A stretch of DNA of 64,000 bases from Clostridiales bacterium DTU072 (GTDB lineage Bacteria; Bacillota; Clostridia; Christensenellales; DTU072): contig LFSG01000054.1 in NCBI GenBank assembly GCA_001512685.1, positions 44,310 to 108,309 of the forward strand, given 5' to 3'. A program made the translations under genes and the position numbers. Below the pieces are notes generated by a model, which was not told the DNA's origin, made no database searches, and was given only the letters and a program-made list of their open reading frames with translations. Below are positions 41,392-49,315 of this stretch, in pieces (within the stretch, counting starts at the first letter, position 1; each line of letters begins with the position of its first letter).

Positions 41392-43095
41392 TTACTTATT
41401 CTTTTTGCATATTATCGCGGGAACTATCATAAGCAGGCTTAACCCTTCGGCCGCATACAGCGAATACTCAATATTCTTAAAGAAATCCATACCCGCGGCG
41501 TTTGTTACAAGATAAGCTCCCACCACGATAAGCTGTATGAAAACACAAGCAAATATGGCAATAAACAATCCCTTGCTTGACGCTTTGCCGGTAATAAGCC
41601 TTATTATGGACTTAATAAACAAAACGATATAGCTTACCAACGCGATCACTAATCCGAACGGTAATACTATACCCCCCATAAAATCCAAATCCCTGATAAA
41701 CGCGACATAGGAATTGGAACTTAAAATAGATATATCGGTTCCAAAGATGCCATTTATGCCGTCCTGCAAAAGCTCGCCGAAAGCGGCTATGATGCTGAGA
41801 TTGGCGTTGTTGTCCGTGTATACGTCCGGAGACAATAAAGGCAAAAACCATAAAGCGGCCATAAAGCCCAAAACCAATAACGCCGTAAACAATGCCGTCA
41901 ATCTTACTCCGAGCTTGCCGCCGGTAACCACAACCTCTTTCTTTTTCTTGGTTTTTTTAGCTTTTTTCTCGGGAATTTCCTGTTCTTGCAAAGGCGCCGT
42001 TTCAGCTACAGGCGCCCATTGCGGAGGAGCGGCAGGCTGAGAAGATTCAGTTTTGGGTTGCTGCTGTTGATAAGAATTGGGCACAAAACGATAAACCTGA
42101 TTGGGCCTGTATTGTAATAAAGGCTGATTGGGGTTTACATAAGGCACTACGACCAAAGGCTGAATAATCCTGCTGTTTTGAGTGAAAAATTGAGAGTATC
42201 CGTCTTGCGGGTAATAACCGCCGCCGCTGAAAGCCTTTTTTTGCTCCAAAATTCTCTTGACGGCGTCTCTTTCGGCATAAATTTTCCCTTCCGATTTTTC
42301 GATTCCCTCTTTTTCGGCAAGGAATTTTGCGCAAGCTTCTTTAGCGGCCAAATCTCTTTCTTCCTCAATTCTTTTGAGCGCCGCTTTGCTCAAAGCGTCC
42401 TTATGTTTCTTTAATTCGTCTTGAGCGGCTTTTTCGGCGGCTATTATTTGCATTACCGCTCTTCTTGCCGCTTGTTTCTTGGCTTCTTCTTTTTCGGGCT
42501 CTTGATCGGCTGCCAAACGCTCTTTTGCCGTTCTTTCGGAAAGCAGTTGTTCGGCGGCATAATCAATGGCTTCCTCCCTTTCGGCCGCGATAATTTTTTG
42601 CAAATCGCCGTCCAAAGCGGCTTTGCCGTCTTTGCTTATTTCATCGGCAAACTTTTCGGCGGCGATTACTTGCAAAACAGCTTCCCTTGCCGCCTTTTTC
42701 TTATCTTGTTCGGTGAGTGCGTCTTGATCTTTGGGGATATAAGACGCCGCGTCCATGCTTATAAAGCTTTGCCTGATTTTTTCGTCTTCCATTGATTGTC
42801 TGTTCAAAAGCTCTTCTCTGAACTTTCTTGCGTTTCTCACAGCGCTTACGGCTTTTATGTATTCGCCGCGCGGTCTTCTTTTGCCGCATCTGGCGCATCT
42901 GGGTTCGGATATGCCGTTCACTTTGCCGCAATAATCGCAAATATATGTAAGTCTTTCTTTGTCAAGGTTAAGTTGGACTTCCCTTTCGAAAGCGGAATTC
43001 CCTGCGGCGTCGGTGTCATCTTTAGCTTGCTTTGCATTTACCGCGGAATAATCAGCCGCTTCCGCTTGATTTTTTACCAATTCAGACTTACTCAT
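41392..43095 (-). CDS. Zn-ribbon / repeat-containing coiled-coil / motif protein fused to a 4-TM domain
   Basis: 567 aa. CxxC-10-CxxC (CDYCGKVNGISEPRCARCGK, 42886-42939). Internal repeats KKKAAREAVLQVIAAEKFADE / AKKQAARRAVMQIIAAEKAAQDE. Motif IIQPLVVVPYVNPNQPLLQY (42109-42168). Lys-rich linker, then 4 TM helices. RBS AAGGAG. Confidence 0.75.
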   Translation of the reverse strand: MSKSELVKNQAEAADYSAVNAKQAKDDTDAAGNSAFEREVQLNLDKERLTYICDYCGKVNGISEPRCARCGKRRPRGEYIKAVSAVRNARKFREELLNRQSMEDEKIRQSFISMDAASYIPKDQDALTEQDKKKAAREAVLQVIAAEKFADEISKDGKAALDGDLQKIIAAEREEAIDYAAEQLLSERTAKERLAADQEPEKEEAKKQAARRAVMQIIAAEKAAQDELKKHKDALSKAALKRIEEERDLAAKEACAKFLAEKEGIEKSEGKIYAERDAVKRILEQKKAFSGGGYYPQDGYSQFFTQNSRIIQPLVVVPYVNPNQPLLQYRPNQVYRFVPNSYQQQQPKTESSQPAAPPQWAPVAETAPLQEQEIPEKKAKKTKKKKEVVVTGGKLGVRLTALFTALLVLGFMAALWFLPLLSPDVYTDNNANLSIIAAFGELLQDGINGIFGTDISILSSNSYVAFIRDLDFMGGIVLPFGLVIALVSYIVLFIKSIIRLITGKASSKGLFIAIFACVFIQLIVVGAYLVTNAAGMDFFKNIEYSLYAAEGLSLLMIVPAIICKKNK

Positions 43096-43161
43096 TATAC
43101 TTCTCCTTTACAACGGTCTAACAGGCAAAAAAACATACGCCCATTTTCACATATATTACTA

Positions 43162-43190
43162 ATTATATAATTAAATTAAAATAATTTCAA
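43162..43190 (-). promoter_or_regulatory. SigA-type promoter of the motif-family cassette
   Basis: Minus strand reads TTGAAA (43185-43190)-17 nt-TATAAT (43162-43167), about 65 nt upstream of the 43095 start and downstream of the glnS stop. Confidence 0.55.
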
Positions 43191-43237
43191 TAGGTTTAAG
43201 CGAATTATTTAACTTTTTTTTAATTTATTTTAGCTGA

Positions 43238-44881
43238 TTATGGCGTAGGTATTTTATAGCTGTCTTTGAGCTCGGTAATTCGATAAAATACGGGAATCCC
43301 TCCTTCGTTGCGCGCATATTTGTAATAGGCTTCCCTGATAAATTGGTAACAATTACCGATTTTTTCTTCAAGCAAAAACGGCTCAACCAACGCGTTTTCC
43401 ACTATTTCCAAGGAATTAGGATTTATTCTTTCGTCAAAATCGCTTTTGCCCTCGCTTTCGTCGACAAGCAAAGACGAATACTTATATAATTTGCACTTAA
43501 CGGCGTCTTCGCAATTCAGCCATTGCACCGTCGCCTTAACTTTAATCTTGCTGTTTTCCTCTCCTGATTTGCTTTTTTCGATATAGTTGCAACGAACGGC
43601 TTTTACAGAGCCGTCTTCGGCCAAGTCCACCGAAGAATATTTTAATATATACGCCCCTTTAAGCCTTATCATGCCGCCTTTTACTAATCTGTGATATTTG
43701 GGAGGAGGATTTAAGGAAAAGTCCCTTTGGTCAATATATACTTCTTTGCCGAATCTTACGGTATGGGTGCCGCCGCTGTCGTCTCCGGGTTTATTCTGAA
43801 GGGTTATTTCCTCCGTCCTTCCCTCTTCCCAGTTCTCGATAATTATCTTAAGCGGTCTTTCAATTATCATGGCTCTGGGCGCGTTGACATTAAGATAATC
43901 CCTCACGCAATGATCCAACAGCTTGTCGTCCACTTCGCTGTTGGCTTTGGCCACTCCTACCATGGCGCAAAAGTTTTTTATGGCTTGAGGGGGATATCCT
44001 CTATTTCTCATTCCGCTCAATGTGGGCATTCTGGGATCGTCCCAGCCTTCCACTATGCCCTCGTCCACCAATCGTTTGAGGTATCTTTTGCTCATTATGG
44101 TGTTTTTAATATTGAGCCTCGCGAACTCTATTTGTTGAGGAGGATTTTTGAACTCGCAATTTTTCACAAACCAGTCGTATAAAGGCCTGTGGTCTTCAAA
44201 CTCCAATGTGCAGATGGAATGGGTAATTCCCTCTATGGCATCGCTTAAGGGATGGGCAAAATCATACATGGGATAAATCACCCAGTCATTGCCCGTTCTG
44301 TGATGATGCGCCCGCAAAATCCTATACATAACGGGGTCTCTCATATTTATGTTGCCGGACGCCATATCTATTTTGGCGCGAAGCACTTTTTCGCCATCCG
44401 CGAATTTGCCTTGGCGCATTTGCTCAAAAAGCTTGAGATTTTCTTCCACGCTCCTGTTGCGATAAGGGCTTTCCACGCCGGGCTCCGCCAGCGTGCCCCT
44501 TGTTTCCCTGATTTGCTCGGCGGACAAATCGCACACATAAGCAAGGCCCTTTTTTATAAGCAATACCGCGTATTGATATAGCTGCTCGAAATAATCGCTG
44601 GCATATCTTTCTTCATCCCATTCAAAGCCCAGCCATTTTATGTCTTCTTTAATCGCTTCCACATATTCCACGTCTTCTTTTACAGGGTTGGTGTCGTCAA
44701 AACGCAAATTGCATTTTCCCTTGAATTTTTCTTTAATGCCGAAATTTATGCACAAGCTTTTGGCGTGGCCGATATGCAAATAGCCGTTGGGTTCGGGCGG
44801 AAAACGGGTAACAATATCTTTGTGCTTGCCGCTTTCCAAATCGCCGATAATTATGTTTTCAATGAAATTTGAAGCTTCCAT
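43238..44881 (-). CDS. glnS: Glutamine--tRNA ligase
   Basis: 547 aa with class I motifs PEPNGYLHIGHAKS (HIGH) and IMSKR (KMSKS), and a GlnRS-type length and C-terminal beta-barrel region. Confidence 0.9.
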   Translation of the reverse strand: MEASNFIENIIIGDLESGKHKDIVTRFPPEPNGYLHIGHAKSLCINFGIKEKFKGKCNLRFDDTNPVKEDVEYVEAIKEDIKWLGFEWDEERYASDYFEQLYQYAVLLIKKGLAYVCDLSAEQIRETRGTLAEPGVESPYRNRSVEENLKLFEQMRQGKFADGEKVLRAKIDMASGNINMRDPVMYRILRAHHHRTGNDWVIYPMYDFAHPLSDAIEGITHSICTLEFEDHRPLYDWFVKNCEFKNPPQQIEFARLNIKNTIMSKRYLKRLVDEGIVEGWDDPRMPTLSGMRNRGYPPQAIKNFCAMVGVAKANSEVDDKLLDHCVRDYLNVNAPRAMIIERPLKIIIENWEEGRTEEITLQNKPGDDSGGTHTVRFGKEVYIDQRDFSLNPPPKYHRLVKGGMIRLKGAYILKYSSVDLAEDGSVKAVRCNYIEKSKSGEENSKIKVKATVQWLNCEDAVKCKLYKYSSLLVDESEGKSDFDERINPNSLEIVENALVEPFLLEEKIGNCYQFIREAYYKYARNEGGIPVFYRITELKDSYKIPTP

Positions 44882-44905
44882 GTTATTAGCTGTTCCTCCC
44901 CATTG

Positions 44906-45277
44906 TCAACAATGATGATTTTTTTCGTTAAAAGTAAGTTTGTAGGATTCTATTTCCATAATATTGTCCTTTGGAATAAATCCAAACTTCAAATAGTAAT
45001 CGTCAATATAATTCACCACTATTTTGCGCGATATCTGAGTAAGGCGGAAGAGTATGGAGCGGGTAAAGAAATCACCGTATCCTTTTCCTCTGTAATCGGG
45101 CAAAATTCCTATCGCGGATATAATTGAGGTATCGCCCACAACCAATTTGGCAAAACCTATGGGCTTATCGTCCTCGTAAAATATATAACCGATATCCCCT
45201 TCAAACGGAGAAGAGAAAATCTTAAAGGACATAGAGCCCAGTAGTTTTCGATCGTTTGTGGGCAACATATTAAGCAT
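44906..45277 (-). CDS. Small GNAT-like acetyltransferase
   Basis: 123 aa with GILPDYRGKGYGDFFTRSIL (motif A-like). Its start overlaps the 3' end of the upstream transporter gene by 8 nt. Confidence 0.6.
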   Translation of the reverse strand: MLNMLPTNDRKLLGSMSFKIFSSPFEGDIGYIFYEDDKPIGFAKLVVGDTSIISAIGILPDYRGKGYGDFFTRSILFRLTQISRKIVVNYIDDYYLKFGFIPKDNIMEIESYKLTFNEKNHHC

Positions 45278-46778
45278 TATTTTGTTCCTCCAGTATCTTG
45301 GTAACTTCTTCTTTGCTTACTTTAAGTCTGCTGTAAATGAAAATTCCTCCCGAAATGGCAAGGATAATGCCTATAAAGAGGAAAAGCCCTATGGACGAGG
45401 CCACCTGTTCGGTCTGAACGGGACTTCCCTCCTTGAAGCCCATCACATCCAGCGCCGTGCCCGCAACCAATTGGGTAAGCGCTTGGCTGGTCTTGTACGC
45501 CAGCGTCATCATGCCCGCGTAAGTGCCCGTTTTTTCGCCTTTTATTTCTTTGCTTTGCTTGGCTATGACATCCCCTATTAAAGCAAGCGGCATGGAATAG
45601 AGAACGCCCGTTCCCATCCCAGCTATCATCAGCGGCGGCAGCAATACCGCCATATTTATAAATTTTTGAGCCATAAAATCATTTATCGGTTTTCTGAAAA
45701 AGAACATTATCAGCAAAGCAAAGGCGCCGATAAAACTGAGGAACAAGCCGATTAGCATTGTTTTCTTTTTGTCGGTTTTCTTCGACAAAATCATCCAAAC
45801 AGGTTGCCCCGCTATGGTCATAAACAGCAATCCCCCCATAAGCGTATACATTTGCGTAGTAGTGGTAACAAAAGTAAACGTAAACACATGGAAGCCAAGG
45901 GTAATTATCAGCGTGGCGGCTACCATGGCGGTGGAATAGCCAAAAATTATATACCGCATGTCTTTATTTTTCAAGACATTGAAGAAATCTATTAAGACAT
46001 CTTTAAGCTTTTTCCTTGTCTGCGCTTGCTGTTCGTCTTTAAGCTGCTTGGCTCTTATTCGAGGCACGTTGGAAAAAGTCATAACGAACATGTACACAGT
46101 GCAAATAATTGCTATGGATGCCGCAACATAAGAAAAATCTATATAACCTTGAACGGAAAATTGACCTTTAACCAACACCTTTCCGGCTTCGTCGTAAACG
46201 GTGTACTTATTTTGAAAAATACCCATTAAAACTATGGGAAGTATCATACCGATAATATAAAAAATCGACCTTACCGCTTGTATGGTGGTACGCTCGTTAT
46301 AGTCGTCGCTCATTTCCACCGAAAAGGCTCCTACCGGAGTATAATACAAAGTATTCCAAGTTCTTATCAAGGTAAGTCCCACCGCGAACCATATAAATTG
46401 CCCTATCGGCGAAAAATCGGGCGGAACCGCCCATATAAAAACGCTTGTCAATACCAATAATAAAAGACCAAACAGCATAAAGCCGTGTCTTTTGCCAAAA
46501 AATCTGTTGCGGGAATTATCCGACAAATAACCTACGATAGGGTCTGAAGCCGCGTCAAAAATCGTTCCTATGGCCACTGCTACGCCCATCAGAGTTCCGC
46601 TGACACCTACGGCCATTGTGCCGAAAGTCATAATATATGTGGCTACCGTGCTTGATATAAGACTGTAACCGAAATCCCCCACGCCCAACGCTATTTTATG
46701 AGAATTTTTGACTTGCGGTTTTTTCCGGATATTAGCGTCAATCATACCGTTCATTATATACTGGCTCCTTGCTTTCAC
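45270..46778 (-). CDS. MFS-type transporter, glycoside-pentoside-hexuronide (GPH):cation symporter family
   Basis: 502 aa with about 12 TM segments. N-terminal GVGDFGYSLISSTVATYIMTF and the DPIVGYLSDN loop motif are typical of MelB/GPH proteins. Confidence 0.75.
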   Translation of the reverse strand: MKARSQYIMNGMIDANIRKKPQVKNSHKIALGVGDFGYSLISSTVATYIMTFGTMAVGVSGTLMGVAVAIGTIFDAASDPIVGYLSDNSRNRFFGKRHGFMLFGLLLLVLTSVFIWAVPPDFSPIGQFIWFAVGLTLIRTWNTLYYTPVGAFSVEMSDDYNERTTIQAVRSIFYIIGMILPIVLMGIFQNKYTVYDEAGKVLVKGQFSVQGYIDFSYVAASIAIICTVYMFVMTFSNVPRIRAKQLKDEQQAQTRKKLKDVLIDFFNVLKNKDMRYIIFGYSTAMVAATLIITLGFHVFTFTFVTTTTQMYTLMGGLLFMTIAGQPVWMILSKKTDKKKTMLIGLFLSFIGAFALLIMFFFRKPINDFMAQKFINMAVLLPPLMIAGMGTGVLYSMPLALIGDVIAKQSKEIKGEKTGTYAGMMTLAYKTSQALTQLVAGTALDVMGFKEGSPVQTEQVASSIGLFLFIGIILAISGGIFIYSRLKVSKEEVTKILEEQNNA

Positions 46779-46882
46779 CCTATGGAAATATACTTTATTA
46801 GTATAGCATAACCTAAGAATTATTACAATTGCTTATCGATTTATCATAAAATAATCTTAAAAGCAGGGCAGGAACGGTCTTA

Positions 46883-47839
46883 TCATAACATTTTCTTCCT
46901 GTAAAGAATGACGGTAACGATAATGGTAGCTATAAGCGATATCGCGGTAACCACATAAAAGCCCCACGCTTTGCCCTGAAAGGGCACGCCGGTATTCATA
47001 CCCCATAGCGATGCCAACAAAGTGGGTATGGACAAAATAACCGTTAAACTGGTAAGCAATTTCATTACTATGTTGAGATTGTTGGAAATAACCGAAGCGT
47101 AAGCGTCCATGGTGCTGGCAAGTATGTCTCTGTAAATATTACACATTTCTTGCGCTTGGCGGTTTTCGATAGCCACGTCTTCTATCAAATCCATGTCTTC
47201 TTCATAACGCTTTATGATGTCGGTACGATTGAGCTTTTCTATAACCACCCCGTTGGCTTTAAGCGATGTGGAGAAGTACACCAAGGAGTTTTCCAAGTCC
47301 AAAAGCTGTATCAATTCCTTGTTTTTGGTAGATTTATGAAGCTCGTTTTGAATACGCGCCGAAGCCTTGTCTATCTGCCTTAAATACTGCAAATACTTTA
47401 CATGCGTATTATACAAAAGCAAATACAGAAATCTGGATTTCTTGTAAGTGGAGAAAGTCTTAACGCGGTTATTGGTAAAGCTGTGCGTCAAAGAGGTTTC
47501 TTTCAAACAAACCGTTATCGTGGTCGTCTTCGTAATAATAAATCCGAAGGGCATTGTGGAATAAGAGAAATAGTTGGATTCTTCCTCTATTTTCGGAATG
47601 TCGAAAATGGTAAGCGTGGCCTCGTCCTCAACCTCAATACGAGCGCGTTCTTCTTCGTCAAGCGCCGCCTTTATGGTGTCTTCGCTTACGCCGGTAGCTC
47701 TTGCCACCAGTTCTATTTCTTGGTCGGTGGGATTGGTGAGGTGTATCCATTTGTTGTTAAGATCCATTCCTCCTATGATTTCGGAAGAAATCTCCATGAC
47801 ATGTCCTGTGCGTTGATCGGTCTGATAAATGTTTATCAT
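46883..47839 (-). CDS. corA: Magnesium/cobalt transporter CorA
   Basis: 318 aa with two C-terminal TM helices and the signature LASLWGMN. Confidence 0.9.
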   Translation of the reverse strand: MINIYQTDQRTGHVMEISSEIIGGMDLNNKWIHLTNPTDQEIELVARATGVSEDTIKAALDEEERARIEVEDEATLTIFDIPKIEEESNYFSYSTMPFGFIITKTTTITVCLKETSLTHSFTNNRVKTFSTYKKSRFLYLLLYNTHVKYLQYLRQIDKASARIQNELHKSTKNKELIQLLDLENSLVYFSTSLKANGVVIEKLNRTDIIKRYEEDMDLIEDVAIENRQAQEMCNIYRDILASTMDAYASVISNNLNIVMKLLTSLTVILSIPTLLASLWGMNTGVPFQGKAWGFYVVTAISLIATIIVTVILYRKKML

Positions 47840-48014
47840 TTTTTACCTCCTTGTAACAAAAAAAAGATATGAAACCATATCTTTTTTTCGCAAGGCAAAA
47901 GCCTGTCCATAATCAAAATATGGTTTCATTACGGTTCTGTTAAGTTATAACTCAAAGGGTCGGTATCCATAACTACTTTCGGCTCCTTATTGTTTTTGGT
48001 TTTTTATTCGCCGT
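47840..48014 (-). promoter_or_regulatory. Structured corA leader with mutually exclusive terminator/antiterminator (unclassified riboswitch- or attenuator-like)
   Basis: A 175-nt spacer. ATGAAACCATAT (complement of 47918-47929) can pair with ATATGGTTTCAT (complement of 47869-47880), which overlaps the terminator stem. See the terminator feature. Confidence 0.45.
47855..47885 (-). terminator. Intrinsic terminator hairpin inside the corA leader
   Basis: Stem AAGATATG/CATATCTT (47864-47871 / 47876-47883) with a 4-nt loop, followed on the minus strand by TTTTTTTTGT, 15-20 nt before the corA RBS. Confidence 0.55.
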
Positions 48015-49223
48015 TTACGCAATGGCTTTATCCGTCATACTGTCATATTTTTGGGCAAGTTTGCGCAAACATTCTTCCAATATTTCCTTGTCTCTATCTT
48101 TATGCTCCCCATAAAGGCGCTCGTTTTCTATAATTATCGCAAGCTCCTCTATTTGTTCTCTGGTAACCTTATCATCATGATAACACGCCATGTCTATTAT
48201 CGCAATAAGTCCTTCAAGGCGCGCCTGTTTTTGCTCCGCCGTCAAGGCCGAACCGGAAGGAGCCGCCCCCTCGCCGCCGCCCTCGTCGTTATCGATGATT
48301 TTTATGGCGCCGTCGTCGTTATCGTCATCGGCACTGTCATTGTCGTTCTCATCAACCTTGATTTGAGCCAATTCCTCTTCGGCGGCGTTCAAGTCATTGC
48401 TTATGGTTTCCACAGGTTCGTCCACAATTTCCTTTTCTTCAATCTTGGGCGCGGTTACTATCTCCACAATCTGCTTATTTTGAAGCTTGTCTAAAATAAT
48501 TTCCTCGATGGCGGCATTAATTTCGCCGATATTTTCGGACACAAACTCATCTTCTTCCTCAGCGTAAATCAACACTTTGTCGTCAAGCGCGTTTTGAAAT
48601 TCGGAAAACGCCTTTTCCAGCTTGGAGTATTGCTTGCCGTACAAAATATTCAGCGTGACTTTAAGCGCGGTATATACCAGCCAAGGCGCGCAAAACGCCG
48701 CCAATATAGCGCCCACAAGCTCAAAATTAGAGGTAAAATCGCTTAAACCCACTTGAGCCAGACTGCCGCCTTTGTTAATCAAATATTCCAGCCAAACCAC
48801 CAAAGCAACCACTAAGGCGCCGGCTATGGCTAAGAAAGCTTTGCCGGCCTTGCTTCTGCCGCTGTATTTCTTTTCGGTGAGAACATCTCGGGCAAGTATG
48901 TAATCGGACGGATAACCTACCTTTTGGTCAAGAAACGCTCCCCACCCCCTTTGCACGCTTTCGGGCATGGCCTTAAGTTTTTCATTGAATCCTTCCACAT
49001 TTTCTTCGGTGATTTCATCGCCGTCATTAAGATAAGCGGTAGCTTCCTTTAATTTTTTGGCAAAACTCTTAACATGGCTGACATTCATAATAAGCAAGGA
49101 TATCAAAAAAACTACAACCATGGCGACCATTCCCATTATTGCCAACATCAAGTCGGCTCCCAATTCGGTCTGCGATAAGAATTCCTTAATGGGAGTAAGA
49201 AATACGTTTTCAAAAGCTTGCAT
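48015..49223 (-). CDS. Hypothetical membrane protein with an acidic low-complexity linker
   Basis: 402 aa with three hydrophobic segments in the N-terminal half, an acidic stretch (VDENDNDSADDDNDDGAIKIIDNDEGGGEG) and a helical C-terminal domain. No family recognised. Confidence 0.55.
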   Translation of the reverse strand: MQAFENVFLTPIKEFLSQTELGADLMLAIMGMVAMVVVFLISLLIMNVSHVKSFAKKLKEATAYLNDGDEITEENVEGFNEKLKAMPESVQRGWGAFLDQKVGYPSDYILARDVLTEKKYSGRSKAGKAFLAIAGALVVALVVWLEYLINKGGSLAQVGLSDFTSNFELVGAILAAFCAPWLVYTALKVTLNILYGKQYSKLEKAFSEFQNALDDKVLIYAEEEDEFVSENIGEINAAIEEIILDKLQNKQIVEIVTAPKIEEKEIVDEPVETISNDLNAAEEELAQIKVDENDNDSADDDNDDGAIKIIDNDEGGGEGAAPSGSALTAEQKQARLEGLIAIIDMACYHDDKVTREQIEELAIIIENERLYGEHKDRDKEILEECLRKLAQKYDSMTDKAIA

Positions 49224-49315
49224 GATGCTCTCCTGTTAGAATAGGCTAAATTATTTTTATTATATCACAAAACAATGATATTGCAACACATTTTACAAGT
49301 AAATTGACTGTTTTA

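Noticed and set aside
36711-43095. The cassette as a mobile element, prophage remnant or defence island.
   Set aside because: There is no integrase, transposase, flanking direct repeat, tRNA target, nuclease, ATPase or methylase domain. Strand and RBS style match the surrounding core genes.
47840-48014. M-box (ykoK) Mg2+ riboswitch upstream of corA.
   Set aside because: The leader has a terminator/antiterminator. I could not find the conserved M-box core elements as I remember them (GGTGAGGC...GCTAC...AAGGC pattern). It is kept only as an unclassified leader.
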